A stretch of 63,934 bases of DNA, counting the filler, from Octopus bimaculoides (Eukaryota), in assembly GCF_001194135.2 (NCBI RefSeq). It is 7 parts of 7 records of this genome, joined end to end, with 100 filler letters (N's around TTAATTAATTAA, not from the genome) between each part and the next. Parts side by side here need not be neighbours in the genome. Positions count along the whole stretch, not along the records: positions 4,610 to 13,818 come from NC_068989.1; positions 13,919 to 24,594 come from NC_068981.1; 5 more parts are not named here. One strand, 5' to 3'. Positions 11,012 to 23,511 of this stretch are shown piece after piece (position 1 is the first letter of the stretch; the number at the start of each line of letters is the position of its first letter). Below the pieces are notes generated by a model that was not told the origin of the DNA, ran no database searches, and worked only from the letters and a program-made list of their open reading frames with translations. The translations under genes and the position numbers were made by a program.

Positions 11012-12267
11012 AACAAACAAACCCCACAGCTAACATGGTACTGGAACCGTCTCCAAGAACGGACCAATATGAAGTTCTACACGGAACGGAAATTAAGAAA
11101 TAAAGAGAAGAAACTGTAGTCAACATATAATTGAACTGTTTCTGGTGTAGCTGTGAGGTATTTGCATAACTGATAGGTTTCTGTCTGGAACAAAACTAAT
11201 ACATCTACGAAAACACATTGATGGTGGTTCTGGTAAATAAGAATTCAAACACTGAATCCTGTGTGCATATGAAGTTCTTTATTAAAACACACAGAAGCTT
11301 TTGTTTATTTTTATTTATTCGTCTATTTATCTATTTATTTATTTATTTAGTTATTTATTTGTGTGTCAAATATAATCTCGCAGAAAGGATTTGCTTAAAG
11401 GCTTATGGCGTAGGATGCGAATTGGGAGAGGACGTATTTTGAAGTTCTTGTCTTTATTGTTGTTGTTGCTGCTGCTGCTGTTGATGATGTTGATGATGAC
11501 GATGACGTTAATGGCAATGGTGGTCGTGATGATGATGACGACAATGACGGTAATAATAATGATGATATGGGTGATGATGATGATGATTTTAATGTTCACG
11601 ATGATGACGGTAAAGGTAATGATAATGTTATTATTATTATTATTGTTGTTGTTGTTCTCTGGCCCCGGTTCAGCTTTGTTCATTCAAACAGTCCTATGTA
11701 CACTCCAAAATTGACCATCCTTTATTTCGATATTGGAAACAAAATAGTCACTCATTTCTACATTAAACATGCTTCGATCATTCCCTTAAGGCAGATGGCT
11801 TGTAATACAAGAGAATTTTACCCACCCCCATCCACCCGCTTTTTCTTTTGATTTATTTATTTTTTTTGTGTTCCAATGAGGGAACAGCTTTTATATATAT
11901 TGATTTCCAGGCAAAATGTCGACCATGATGGTATTTAACATTTCCCAGCGAGACTTGAAATAAAAGAGAAAAAAAACAAATAACAAAAAAAAAATAGTTG
12001 GCGCGATTTATTCTAGTAAAAATCTTCAAGGCAGAGCTCCAAAATGGCCGCAATCCAATGACCAAAGCCAGTANNNNNNNNNNNNNNNNNNNNNNNNNNN
12101 NNNNNNNNNNNNNNNNNNNNNNNNNNNNNNNNNNNNNNNNNNNNNNNNNNNNNNNNNNNNNNNNNNNNNNNNNNNNNNNNNNNNNNNNNNNNNNNNNNNN
12201 NNNNNNNNNNNNNNNNNNNNNNNNNNNNNNNNNNNNNNNNNNNNNNNNNNNNNNNNNNNNTTTTATC

Positions 12268-12468
12268 TTTTGCTTGTTTCAGTCAACAGAATGCGGCCAT
12301 GCTGGGGCACTGCCTTCAAGAATTTTCAGTCGAATGAAATGACCCTCAAGACATGTTTAAGCCTGATTCTTATTCTACCAGTCTTTTTGCCGAACCACTA
12401 AGTTACAGGGACGTAAACACAGCAACACCGATTTCAAGCGGTGATAAGGAACAAACACAGACACAATG

Positions 12469-12508
<40 letters not shown>

Positions 12509-12668
12509 GTGCGTGTGTGAGTACGGCGGGCTTCTTTCAGTTTCCATCTAAAAAGCCAACTATGAAGGCTCTAGTCGGCCCCCGGCTTAGTAAAAGATTC
12601 TTGCTAAAGGTGCAAGGCAGTGGCGCCATATGGTTGAGAAGCAAACTTCTTACAACACAGCGACGCCT
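12268..12668 (-). mobile_element. SINE family A with internal (CA)n
   Basis: Tail ttgtttcagtc...gccatgctggggcac at 12274, head ...cacagcgacgcc at about 12665. Confidence 0.85.
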
Positions 12669-12699
12669 ACTTCTACAAGACAAACAGACACATACAACA

Positions 12700-12950
12700 G
12701 TTTCCAGTCATCTACGTCTCGTATATCTATACCGTTTGGATCCCTTACCTGATAACAAACTCCCCTTCCTTTTTCTCTCAGTTCTGTCTTTCCACCATGT
12801 GAGGCACTACAGAAATTACATAAATTTTCCTTCTCTTCTTCCATAAAAATAATTTTTTTCCTCCCTTTATCTCTCGTTAAAGGATCATTGGCCGAAACGT
12901 CAAACAAACTTTAGTTCATCGTGACAGAATAAAACCCTATTCATACAATT
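12700..12950 (+). mobile_element. Probable PLE pseudo-LTR remnant with decayed hammerhead half (ggccgaaacgtc)
   Basis: Pyrimidine-rich stretch, then aagg...cc GAAAC GTC at about 12880-12902 and AATAAA. Interpretation by analogy to PLE ends. Confidence 0.35.
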
Positions 12951-13016
12951 TTTATTATTGTTTTGTTTTTGTTTGCTTTCACCATTCTTAATAATTCTCC
13001 ATATACATATATACAG

Positions 13017-13103
<87 letters not shown>

Positions 13104-13133
13104 NNNNNNNNNNNNNNNNNNNNNNNNNNNNNN

Positions 13134-13214
<81 letters not shown>

Positions 13215-13495
13215 CATATATATACATATATATATACGTATACATATATATATATAAATAAATATATATACGCATATACATTTTAATATTTTTAATATTC
13301 TTAATATTTTTTTATATTTTAATTAATACCCTCTTATTATATATACCATTCGTTTTTAACACGTATATAATGACTCCATTCATCTCCGAAGAGCGGAATT
13401 ATTCCCAGTATGCTTATCTATATTGATTACATTGTGCTACCAATAATGTTCGTGAAACGATCGTCAGATGCTTTTTAATTTTTAAACTTTCATAA

Positions 13496-13680
13496 TATTT
13501 GTACTCAATTACGCATACATTTGTATATACATTTATATACGCATGTATTTTTATTTACATTTATATTTTTTATATATATTTATATTTTGTACTCAATTAC
13601 GCATACATTTTTATATACATTTATATACGCATGTATTTTTATGTACATTTATATTTTTTATATATATTTATATTTTGTAC
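13496..13680. repeat. Tandem duplication, two copies of an 88-bp AT-rich unit
   Basis: gtactcaattacgcatacattt begins at both 13501 and 13589. Confidence 0.9.
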
Positions 13681-14301
13681 ATCTCAAACTTTAATTTAAT
13701 TATAATTCAAAATATTACTGTGTCACATTAAGCATATATCTTTCTGAAATTTGGATATTGATTTCCTGTGAATATTATTAATAATTTTATAAATTTATTA
13801 ATGATATAAAAACATATANNNNNNNNNNNNNNNNNNNNNNNNNNNNNNNNNNNNNNNNNNNNTTAATTAATTAANNNNNNNNNNNNNNNNNNNNNNNNNN
13901 NNNNNNNNNNNNNNNNNNTATATATATATATATATATATACACGCACACCTGCCTCCATGCACACATACATACATATAAATATTTAAAGATATAGATATA
14001 TGTGTGTGCAACGGGCTGACTGTGTTCTACAGTTGATTCCAAAGACTCACGGGCAGCAGAGAAAGGGAAAAGCTCAACAACAGCAACAACAACAATGACA
14101 CCAGTAGCAGGAGCAGCAGCAGCAGCAACAACAACCGTTAGAACTTCTACAACAACAATGACATCAACAGTACAAATTTATATTTAACAACATTTTTCGA
14201 TTTTTCTTTGTTTTTTCTTTTTCTTTCAAACGCATTTATCGATTTACCGATTGATTTACATTTCTATGAATGTGTGCATATATATGTGTGTGTGTGTATG
14301 C

Positions 14302-14366
<65 letters not shown>

Positions 14367-14700
14367 CACACACATACATATACATATACGGCTATGAGAG
14401 TGCGCGCGTGCAAATACATATATGCATTTGTATATATGTGTGCATATATTGTGGGTATTTTTATTTACGTGTTTTTGCTTATTTTTATTGCTTTCGTTTG
14501 TTAATACTTTCTATATATATTATTTCATTCCTTGTTCCCTTTAAAGCGACCTCCTCTTCTTAGTACTCGCAGGGAGTGGAGATGGGGGTGGTGGTTTTGT
14601 GGTGGTCATGGCGGGGGTTGGTGATTCTGTAGGTGGTGGTGGTGATGACGGTTGAGGAGGAGTAGGTGGAGAATGTATATGAAGAGAAGGGAAATTAGAC

Positions 14701-14745
<45 letters not shown>

Positions 14746-15240
14746 CACGCACAAACACATACACATACAGAGCGAGAGAAAGAGAGAGAAAGATAACAAC
14801 GTCTCTAACAGTCTTCGAAATAACGGTGGTGCCGTTTTTCAAGCAGCACGCTCCGAACGGACTTATTAGAAATGTTTGACATTTACATGGGAACTGTTTT
14901 TAAAAAGCGTTGACATTTATCTAACAATTATTTTCAGACTCAATTAAACATTTCTCTCTTGGAACAATTTTCTGTTTATCAAATAAGACACTACAAAACA
15001 TCGCATCAATATTCGCCAAAAACCTCCAAGATTCTTTTAGGCTCGTTAAATCTACAAACGGCACACCACTCGGCTCTAGTGTGCTTATGGAATTGATGGC
15101 TGTTTCGGGTGTTCTTTATTGCATTTTATCTTTTTTTTTTGGTTCTTTTTGGTTGTTTCTTTGGGGTTTTTTTTACTTGGATCTTTTTGTAGTATTTTAT
15201 TTCCTTCTTTGGTTTCTTTGGTGTTTATAGGTTTATTTCC

Positions 15241-15268
15241 ATGATTATCATCATCATCATCATCATCA

Positions 15269-15314
<46 letters not shown>

Positions 15315-15386
15315 TATTCTCATTGTTATTATTGTTGTTGTTATTAATATTAGTTTGATTATTATTGTTAATACTGTTGTTGTTAA

Positions 15387-15449
<63 letters not shown>

Positions 15450-15506
15450 GATTATTAGGGTAATTAATGTTTTTTGTCATCATCATCGTCGTCATCATCA
15501 TCATCC

Positions 15507-15543
<37 letters not shown>

Positions 15544-15623
15544 TCTTATTGCTATTACTATTATTATTATTATCATTATTATTATTATTATGGTTATGGT
15601 TATTAGTATAATTATTGCTTTCG

Positions 15624-15655
<32 letters not shown>

Positions 15656-15790
15656 ATAATTATTATTATTATTGTTATTAATATTATTATTACTATCATC
15701 ATCATCATCATCGTCGTCATTATTATTGCTGGTGTCGTTCTTGTTTCTATTCTAATTTTGTTGTAATTATTATTATTATTATTATTATTT
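15241..15790. repeat. Compound (CAT)n/(TAT)n/(TGT)n microsatellite
   Basis: Direct reading. Source of the poly-I/N/H ORFs. Confidence 0.95.
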
Positions 15791-17254
15791 TTTTATTAGT
15801 ATACTTATTAGTATTGTTATTGTATTTACATTTTTAACATTATTTTGGTTTTGGTGTGGTTTGCGGGGTTTTGTTACTTTGCATTTTTAGTTTGTTTGTG
15901 TGTTTTTGTTTGTTTTTTTTTTGCTTCTTTTTGTCTTATCTTGCTTTTTTGTTGGGATTTTGTTTTTTTTCTTGTTTTTTTTTTTTGGCAATGGTGTTTT
16001 TCTCTATAATTTTTATTATTTTTTCGACTTTTTATTTGTTTTAATTGCCTCGACCAACATCAAAATCAAATTACGTCCTAATTTTAAGCGCATCTATATG
16101 CGTACGTGCAAGTGTGTATGTATGTGTATGTGTATGCGTGTTTGTATATAGATGTATTTAAATATATACATTCATATATATATAAATATATAAATATATA
16201 TACATTTTTTCACAAATACATTGATATGCACATATATACATATATAAACATATATGTGTATATACACATGTATATGTTCGCATGTTCCTTTATATGTGTA
16301 TATATATATATATATATNNNNNNNNNNNNNNNNNNNNNNNNNNNNNNNNNNNNNNNNNNNNNNNNNNNNNNNNNNNNNNNNNNNNNNNNNNNNNNNNNNN
16401 NNNNNNNNNNNNNNNNNNNNNNNNNNNNNNNNNNNNNNNNNNNNNNNNNNNNNNNNNNNNNNNNNNNNNNNNNNNNNNNNNNNNNNNNNNNNNNNNNNNN
16501 NNNNNNNNNNNNNNNNNNNNNNNNNNNNNNNNNNNNNNNNNNNNNNNNNNNNNNNNNNNNNNNNNNNNNNNNNNNNNNNNNNNNNNNNNNNNNNNNNNNN
16601 NNNNNNNNNNNNNNNNNNNNNNNNNNNNNNNNNNNNNNNNNNNNNNNNNNNNNNNNNNNNNNNNNNNNNNNNNNNNNNNNNNNNNNNNNNNNNNNNNNNN
16701 NNNNNNNNNNNNNNNNNNNNNNNNNNNNNNNNNNNNNNNNNNNNNNNNNNNNNNNNNNNNNNNNNNNNNNNNNNNNNNNNNNNNNNNNNNNNNNNNNNNN
16801 NNNNNNNNNNNNNNNNNNNNNNNNNNNNNNNNNNNNNNNNNNNNNNNNNNNNNNNNNNNNNNNNNNNNNNNNNNNNNNNNNNNNNNNNNNNNNNNNNNNN
16901 NNNNNNNNNNNNNNNNNNNNNNNNNNNNNNNNNNNNNNNNNNNNNNNNNNNNNNNNNNNNNNNNNNNNNNNNNNNNNNNNNNNNNNNNNNNNNNNNNNNN
17001 NNNNNNNNNNNNNNNNNNNNNNNNNNNNNNNNNNNNNNNNNNNNNNNNNNNNNNNNNNNNNNNNNNNNNNNNNNNNNNNNNNNNNNNNNNNNNNNNNNNN
17101 NNNNNNNNNNNNNNNNNNNNNNNNNNNNNNNNNNNNNNNNNNNNNNNNNNNNNNNNNNNNNNATATATATATATATATATATACATACATATCATCATCA
17201 TCATCATTTAACGTCCATGGGCTTTTTTACTTTTCAAGCCATACTCTTGTAGGT

Positions 17255-17345
17255 GTAGTTTGGCGTTATAGTTAAAAAGTGCGCTTTGCAGCCATAAGGT
17301 CTCGGGTTCGACTCCATTGTGTGGAATTTTGAGCAAGTGGGTTTT
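17255..17345 (+). mobile_element. Decayed tRNA-derived SINE head
   Basis: tggcgttatagttaa (A-box-like) ... GGTTCGACTCC (B box) followed by tttgagcaagtg. Confidence 0.55.
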
Positions 17346-17884
17346 TTTCTCGTCTAAACTGGATTCGTACTATGCGAGTGAAAATGAGTAGGATGAATTG
17401 TACCTGTTGTTCAAAAGATACAACCTTCATACACTGTATTACTCTAATTCCTGTTAGTAAACGTGTCTTGATTCAGGAAACGAGTAGTTTAGTTGATCGA
17501 ACAGGTGAATACTCATCGTCACAATCGTATGTATGTATACATATATGTATATATATATATATATATATATACATACATATATATATATATATGTATATAT
17601 ATGTATATATATATATGTATATATATATATATGTATACAAGGATATACAAGAATAAGGGCAGGGAATCGTCAATTAATAATAAAATTAATAATTAACAAT
17701 TTTGCCAAGTAGTTCAGTATGAAAAAACCTTTATCGGTAAAACCATTTATCATCATAAATATACAGGGATTAGCATTGAGTTGCTTCTCAATATATATAT
17801 GTATATATGTATATGCTTCTCATATATATATGTATATATATATATGTATATATATATATGTATATATATGTATATATATATATG

Positions 17885-17954
<70 letters not shown>

Positions 17955-18385
17955 ATACACACATACACAGACACATATGTACAAGTGCTGTAGTAAAAAT
18001 AATTCGTTCAAAAATAACGGTTGTAGAGGAATAAATAGCTATCGCATTGCACTCGAAATAATATTTCGTCTGTTTATTATTATTATCATTGTTTTTATTA
18101 ATTACTAATATTATTATTATTATTATTATCGTCATTATCATCATTATCATTATTATCATTATTGTTATAGTTTTATTATTAATATTCTTGATTTTTATTC
18201 TTGGAGTGGTGCTTCCTCTATTAGAATTCTTCGTTGAAATGTTAAGTATATTAGCTGAAGGCTACAGGTATCTTTAGAAATTGTGCTTCGTTGTAAAATG
18301 GCTTGATGTCCTATACTATCCTAGAGAATTTTCATCGACTAAAGGCGACGTATTGATGGTGATACTAATAATAATAATAATAATA

Positions 18386-18459
<74 letters not shown>

Positions 18460-19597
18460 TGGACCAAAAAGGGATAGAGAAGTTGAACAGGTTAACACGA
18501 AAAAATTTTTGATAGTGGTGCATTGGACCCAAAGGCAAATATAAGGCTATATACGTGGAACGTGGAAGGACGAGGACCAATAAGTGTGAAAGGTTGGGTA
18601 GCTAGTGAATGCAGGCCCTTAAATGTATATCACCTGGCTCAAGGCCACCTCCAGTACTTCCCCTGTTGTAGAGAACTTTTGAGGTATGTTGCCGAAAGTG
18701 GTGGTTTGCGCATTGCAACTAATGAAAGTAAGGAAAATTACAAAAGTAGACTGCTAGCCAAGAAATTGAGCACGCGAATGGGTATGAAATTACGTGGTCA
18801 GTTCGAAAGATAAACGAAGGAAGTAACAGCAGATTCTTTGTGGAATTAGTTGATCAACGGGGATCTTAAGAGAGACACGATAAGTTTGTTGGTAGCAGCT
18901 CAAGATCAAGCACTTATACACTAACTCGATGAGGAACTTGCATAACCCTAATGAAACAAATAAGTGTAGGTTATATGGGAAGAAGGTGGAAAGTGTGACA
19001 CACATAGTGAGTGCCTGTGACATGCTTGTACTGAGAGAGTATAAAACGCGTCACGATGAAGTGTGCTTACACCTTCACTGGTCTTTGTATAAGAAATATA
19101 GATTTCCAACCACTGAGAAATAGTATGAGCGTATAAACCAGAGACGTCCTAGAAAATCAGACTGAAATTCTTGTGAGACTTTGTAAGCAAGACAGATAGA
19201 GTTCTTGTAGATACAAGGCCGAACATAACTTTGGTGGAGAAGGTTACAGTAAGGAGATGTTTGTTGATTGATGTGGCTTGCCCAGGAAACGAGAAAATTG
19301 TAAAATATGCAGGCTCGAGAATAGATGTTGAGAGAATGTGGAATATGAAAGCAAAAGCGGTACCAATTGTGATTGGAGCACATGCATCGGTGAGGAGAAA
19401 CTTTCGGTAACATCTTGACACAATCGGATTCTGTCCTAGGTTTACGACATTGCAACAGTCAACACTTTTGGGAACGGGCAAATATCCTGCTGAAATTACT
19501 GTCTACCTGATGTTACATAACTTGATATGGAGTCATTTAAACGGTGCAAATATCACATTTATCACTGTGTAAATAGAAGAACAATAATAATAATAAT
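18460..19597 (+). mobile_element. 5'-truncated R4/Dong-clade non-LTR retrotransposon (zinc knuckle plus RLE region), decayed, inserted in (AAT)n
   Basis: Translations LLVAAQDQAL, CRLYGKKVESVTHIVSAC, EYKTRHDEVCLHLHWSL, DTRPNITL, CLLIDVACPG, AVPIVIGA. Stops and frameshifts present. (AAT)n lies at 18365-18459 and 19583-19597. Confidence 0.88.
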
Positions 19598-19598
19598 T

Positions 19599-20340
19599 GT
19601 TTATTTTATTTGCCACAAGGGCGAAGGATGAGGGGGACAATACAAAGACAGACATAAAGTGTGGGGGGTTTACATATGACGGAATGATTATTTAAAGAAA
19701 TGTATAGACGGTATACATTAGAAGAGAAGTATACATAGTATACGACACTAGAAAAAAAGATGTCACAGTTATGGGGTGCCCCTGGTACAGGAGGACCTCT
19801 GGGGATAATCGAGGAACCCCATCATCCAAGATCACATTGACTACCGACGACGAGTGCCCTCTCCAACTCCTTTCTTCCGACCCACAGGTCTACACTTACT
19901 ATTTTTGCAACTTTTCCCCACCTTTCCATAAATTCACTCGAGGACAGCACCACCCTCTCCACCCTCATTTTCCTTTTCAAGTGAAACTTGAAAAATTGAT
20001 GAGGGCTTTACCAAAGAGGAATGTTTCTGTCCTCATTCCTTTCAGCCTCGTCCACCAGATAAACTCTTTTGCCACAGCCACCAGACAAAGGAAAACTGCC
20101 TTGCCTGCCCGATTAAAGGAGGGCAGCGGGGTAATCATCATTATGGACTCGGCTGACAGACAGATCCGTCCGACACGCGACAGCAGCTCTTCGACATAAC
20201 TCCACAAGTCAGTAATGCCCGGACACTGAACAAGTGCATGCAAAACGGTTTCGTCGCTCTGCGAGCACCTCGGATAAGTCCGTCTGACAGCAAATCCGTG
20301 CCTGTAGAGTTTCCTATGGAGTTTATCTCGAACCGGTTGC
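19599..20340 (-). mobile_element. 3' end of a Tx1/L1-clade LINE (zf-RVT C-terminus, 3' UTR, A-rich tail)
   Basis: Minus translation PVRDKL...YRHG...PRCSQSDETVLHALVQCPGITDLWSYVE...FLCLVAVAKEFIWWTR. AAATAAAATAAAC tail at about 19599-19611. Confidence 0.8.
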
Positions 20341-20344
20341 AGAA

Positions 20345-20635
20345 ATACCTAAATAAAAGAATTAGAAACTGGGCCGTTTAGCATTACTGTTCAGGATCAG
20401 TCCCTTCCAACTAGGAATTACAAGAATAATGAAACATGAAAGCAGCCTACTATGCTGTGTATGCGGAAAGCATCGGAAGACAATCGGCTACATATCTGGA
20501 TGCAGCCGACTGACACCAACAGAATATTTGCAAAGATATGACAGGGCAGCTCAGTACATATATTGATCGTTAGGCCGCACTTGCAACCTCCCTCACACAG
20601 AGAATTGACAGAAACACAAACCATCACACGTTGCG
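20345..20635 (+). mobile_element. Internal R4/Dong fragment (zinc-knuckle region), distinct lineage
   Basis: ITVQDQSLPTRNY..RIMK...LCCVCGKHRKTIGYISGCSRLTPTEYLQRYDRAAQYIY* matches the QDQ...C..C...H....C...Y..RHD pattern. Confidence 0.78.
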
Positions 20636-20703
20636 CAACAGATTAAAGTTATCATCTATTGGAATTTGCGTGTTATTCTTGATCAGATATTATTGTGAAA
20701 GAT

Positions 20704-20925
20704 CATGTGTGTCTTTGTGTCTGTGTCTGTGCCCCGCCACCGCTTGACAACCAGTGCTGGTGTGTTTACGTCCTCGTAACATAGCGGTTCGGCAAAGTAT
20801 CCGATAGAATAAATATCTGGCTTTAAATATATAAACAAGTACTAGGGTCGAATCATTCGACTAAAAATTCTTCAAGGCAGTGCCCCAGCCTGGCCACAGT
20901 CTAATGACTGAAACTAGAAAAAGAA
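20704..20925 (+). mobile_element. SINE family A 3' half
   Basis: cttgacaacc...gtttacgtcc.cgtaac.tagcggttcggc...ccgatagaataa...gactgaaac. Confidence 0.85.
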
Positions 20926-20975
20926 AAAAATATAAAGATATCAGACAATGCTTCAATGCAAACTATACTAATCAT

Positions 20976-21015
<40 letters not shown>

Positions 21016-21067
21016 TAACAGAAAGGGAGGAATTGCAATTATCCCCTCGTGGTGAGTTGTAATATAA

Positions 21068-21311
21068 GAAATTAAAGAAGGAAAATGCACACACTTTACA
21101 TAGTTTTAATATAATATTTAATTTATCTTTATTGTTTGTCAACCGGTTTCACTTTCGCTATTCATGACATTAAAATTTATTTAAATACGTATTTAAATAA
21201 ATTTTAATGTCATGAATAGCGAAAGCGGAACCGGTCGACAAACAAAATAAAGATATATTAAAAATTATATTAAAACTATATAAAGTGTGTGCATTTTCAT
21301 TCTTTAATTTC
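21068..21311. repeat. 244-bp near-perfect palindrome with no spacer (foldback element or hairpin)
   Basis: Centre at 21188/21189 (TAC|GTA). The inner 37 bp of each arm are perfectly complementary. Arms are 121 and 123 bp with a handful of substitutions and one small indel. Confidence 0.93.
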
Positions 21312-21443
21312 ATATATATATANNNNNNNNNNNNNNNNNNNNNNNNNNNNNNNNNNNNNNNNNNNNNNNNNNNNNNNNNNNNNNNNNNNNNNNNNNNNNN
21401 NNNNNNNNNNNNNNNNNNNNNNNNNNNNNNNNNNNNNNNNNNN

Positions 21444-21483
<40 letters not shown>

Positions 21484-21504
21484 TGTGTATGTGTGCGTGC
21501 ATAT

Positions 21505-21690
21505 GCATATATGGATACAGGACGTCACCAACTGTGTAAACAACATGAAATGCGAAAACAAACAAGTTAGATACGCAGACAACGGGACACAAAATGGAAA
21601 GCAGGACAATACACAGAGAACTACCCTTCATCAGTTGTCGGCTGTCTCTCCTCCTCATTTCGAGCATTCAACATACGTGTGTGTGTATAT
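21505..21690 (-). mobile_element. Interspersed repeat family D (probable PLE-related), also at about 24330-24594 (+) and 44625-44716 (-)
   Basis: Shared atatgg.t.caggacgtca...aac...aaaatg block. The copies at 21.6 and 24.4 kb both carry CGAAA upstream of CTGATGAAGG. Confidence 0.55.
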
Positions 21691-22087
21691 GCATTTGTAT
21701 ATCTATACGTATGTATGTGTATGCGTGTGTATCTGTGTGTGTGTGTGTGTATGAATGCATATATGTAGACATAACATTGTAGTGTGAATATAGAGACTTG
21801 TATGATAACCTGTCTTGGCAACTGAGGTTGTTTTTAATTAAAATGGTGTAGAGTGGGTTGATGAGATTTTGAGGGTGCGTTGTGTCTTTATTCAGCTGAC
21901 CCGGTGTGTCTGTATGTATGTGTATATGTGTGCGTATAAGTATTTTGCGTGTGTATTTGTACTTTCTTCAGGTGCTTGTGTGCCTGTGTGCAGGTGTGCT
22001 TTTTGTGTGCGTGTATGAATGTTTCTTTTTGCTTATGTACGCAGCTATTTGTGCCTGTGTGCACATGCTTGTGTGTGTGTGTGCGTG

Positions 22088-22178
<91 letters not shown>

Positions 22179-22461
22179 ATGCGTGTGTGTGTGCTTGTGT
22201 GACCGTGTGCGTGTGAACGTATGTGTGTGTGTGTGTAAATGTGGGAAGCGTAGCCTAGTGTGGTGTGTTTACGTATTGGGTTAACGAAACCAGTATCGTG
22301 AGTAGATGGAAGGAACGAAGGAACGAAGGAACGAAGGAAGGAACGAAGGAAGGAGTATTCAATTCTGGTAATTTAGAAAGAAGACCTGTAACACACCGAC
22401 CTCTAAAGTCAGTAAAATTTGTTAAAAAAAAGAATTGTCGGTCAGAGAAGGAGAGAGAGAG

Positions 22462-22504
<43 letters not shown>

Positions 22505-22551
22505 NNNNNNNNNNNNNNNNNNNNNNNNNNNNNNNNNNNNNNNNNNNNNNN

Positions 22552-22603
<52 letters not shown>

Positions 22604-22819
22604 TGAGTGAGGTGGGGAAAGGGGTCTTGAGTTTGTGTGTCTTTCTGGATACCTTCTTCACACCTTCGCACCAAATAAACTGAGAACACATTTGGGTTTA
22701 AACATTGCATAAGACGTGAGGTCGTGATTTGAGAAGCGGAGAGGTTAGACATAGCAGATGGATGGGGGCGGGGAATAGTAGACAAGCAGACAGATAGACA
22801 GACAGATAGACAGACAGAT

Positions 22820-22850
<31 letters not shown>

Positions 22851-23401
22851 TTGATAGATAGACAGACAGATAGATAGATAGGTTTGGTAAGGTATGTTAA
22901 ATACTGCCGTTCTTTGAAGATTTGCTAAGACAAGTTGGTGGGCTTCTGCTAATGAAATTGTATGCTTGTGGGTGGGTGTACACTCACATATACGCACATA
23001 TACACTCACACATGCGCACGCACCCACACGCACTCAAAGATGTTTTAAATACATAAGGCAACGAACACTGGGCAAATAAAAGACTCCGTACATTTGTATC
23101 ATTTGATAATTTATAAAAGTTGTTGTCAGTAACTTCGAAGTTTCACCGGTGCTAGCTTATAGTTTATATATATATATGTATACGATGGACTCACCAGTCG
23201 AAGACGACGTATGAGAGTTCAGCCTTTGCCGAACGACCTGCATAATAAATGATGTTCTTTATAATGATCAATTGTTTGTGCCGCACATTAGATCACTCTC
23301 TCCATCGGATAAACTAAATTTTCTTCAGCCACCTTCACATTCCATGACTACCATTGGGATAAGGATTCTGGCTATATTTCCAGTTTCTTTACTTAATTTT
23401 T

Positions 23402-23511
23402 GAGAGCGATCGGGTTCATTTTTGAGAGCGATCAAGTTCATTTTTGAGAGCGATCGGGTTCATTTTTGAGAGCGATCGGGTTCATTTTTGAGAGCGATCG
23501 GGTTCATTTTT
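23402..23511. repeat. Minisatellite, five copies of 22 bp (GAGAGCGATCGGGTTCATTTTT)
   Basis: Units start at 23402, 23424, 23446, 23468 and 23490. Only unit 2 differs (CAA for CGG). Confidence 0.95.

Noticed and set aside
23402-23511. CRISPR-like regular repeats
   Set aside because: Units are contiguous with no spacers, there are no cas genes, and the context is eukaryotic.
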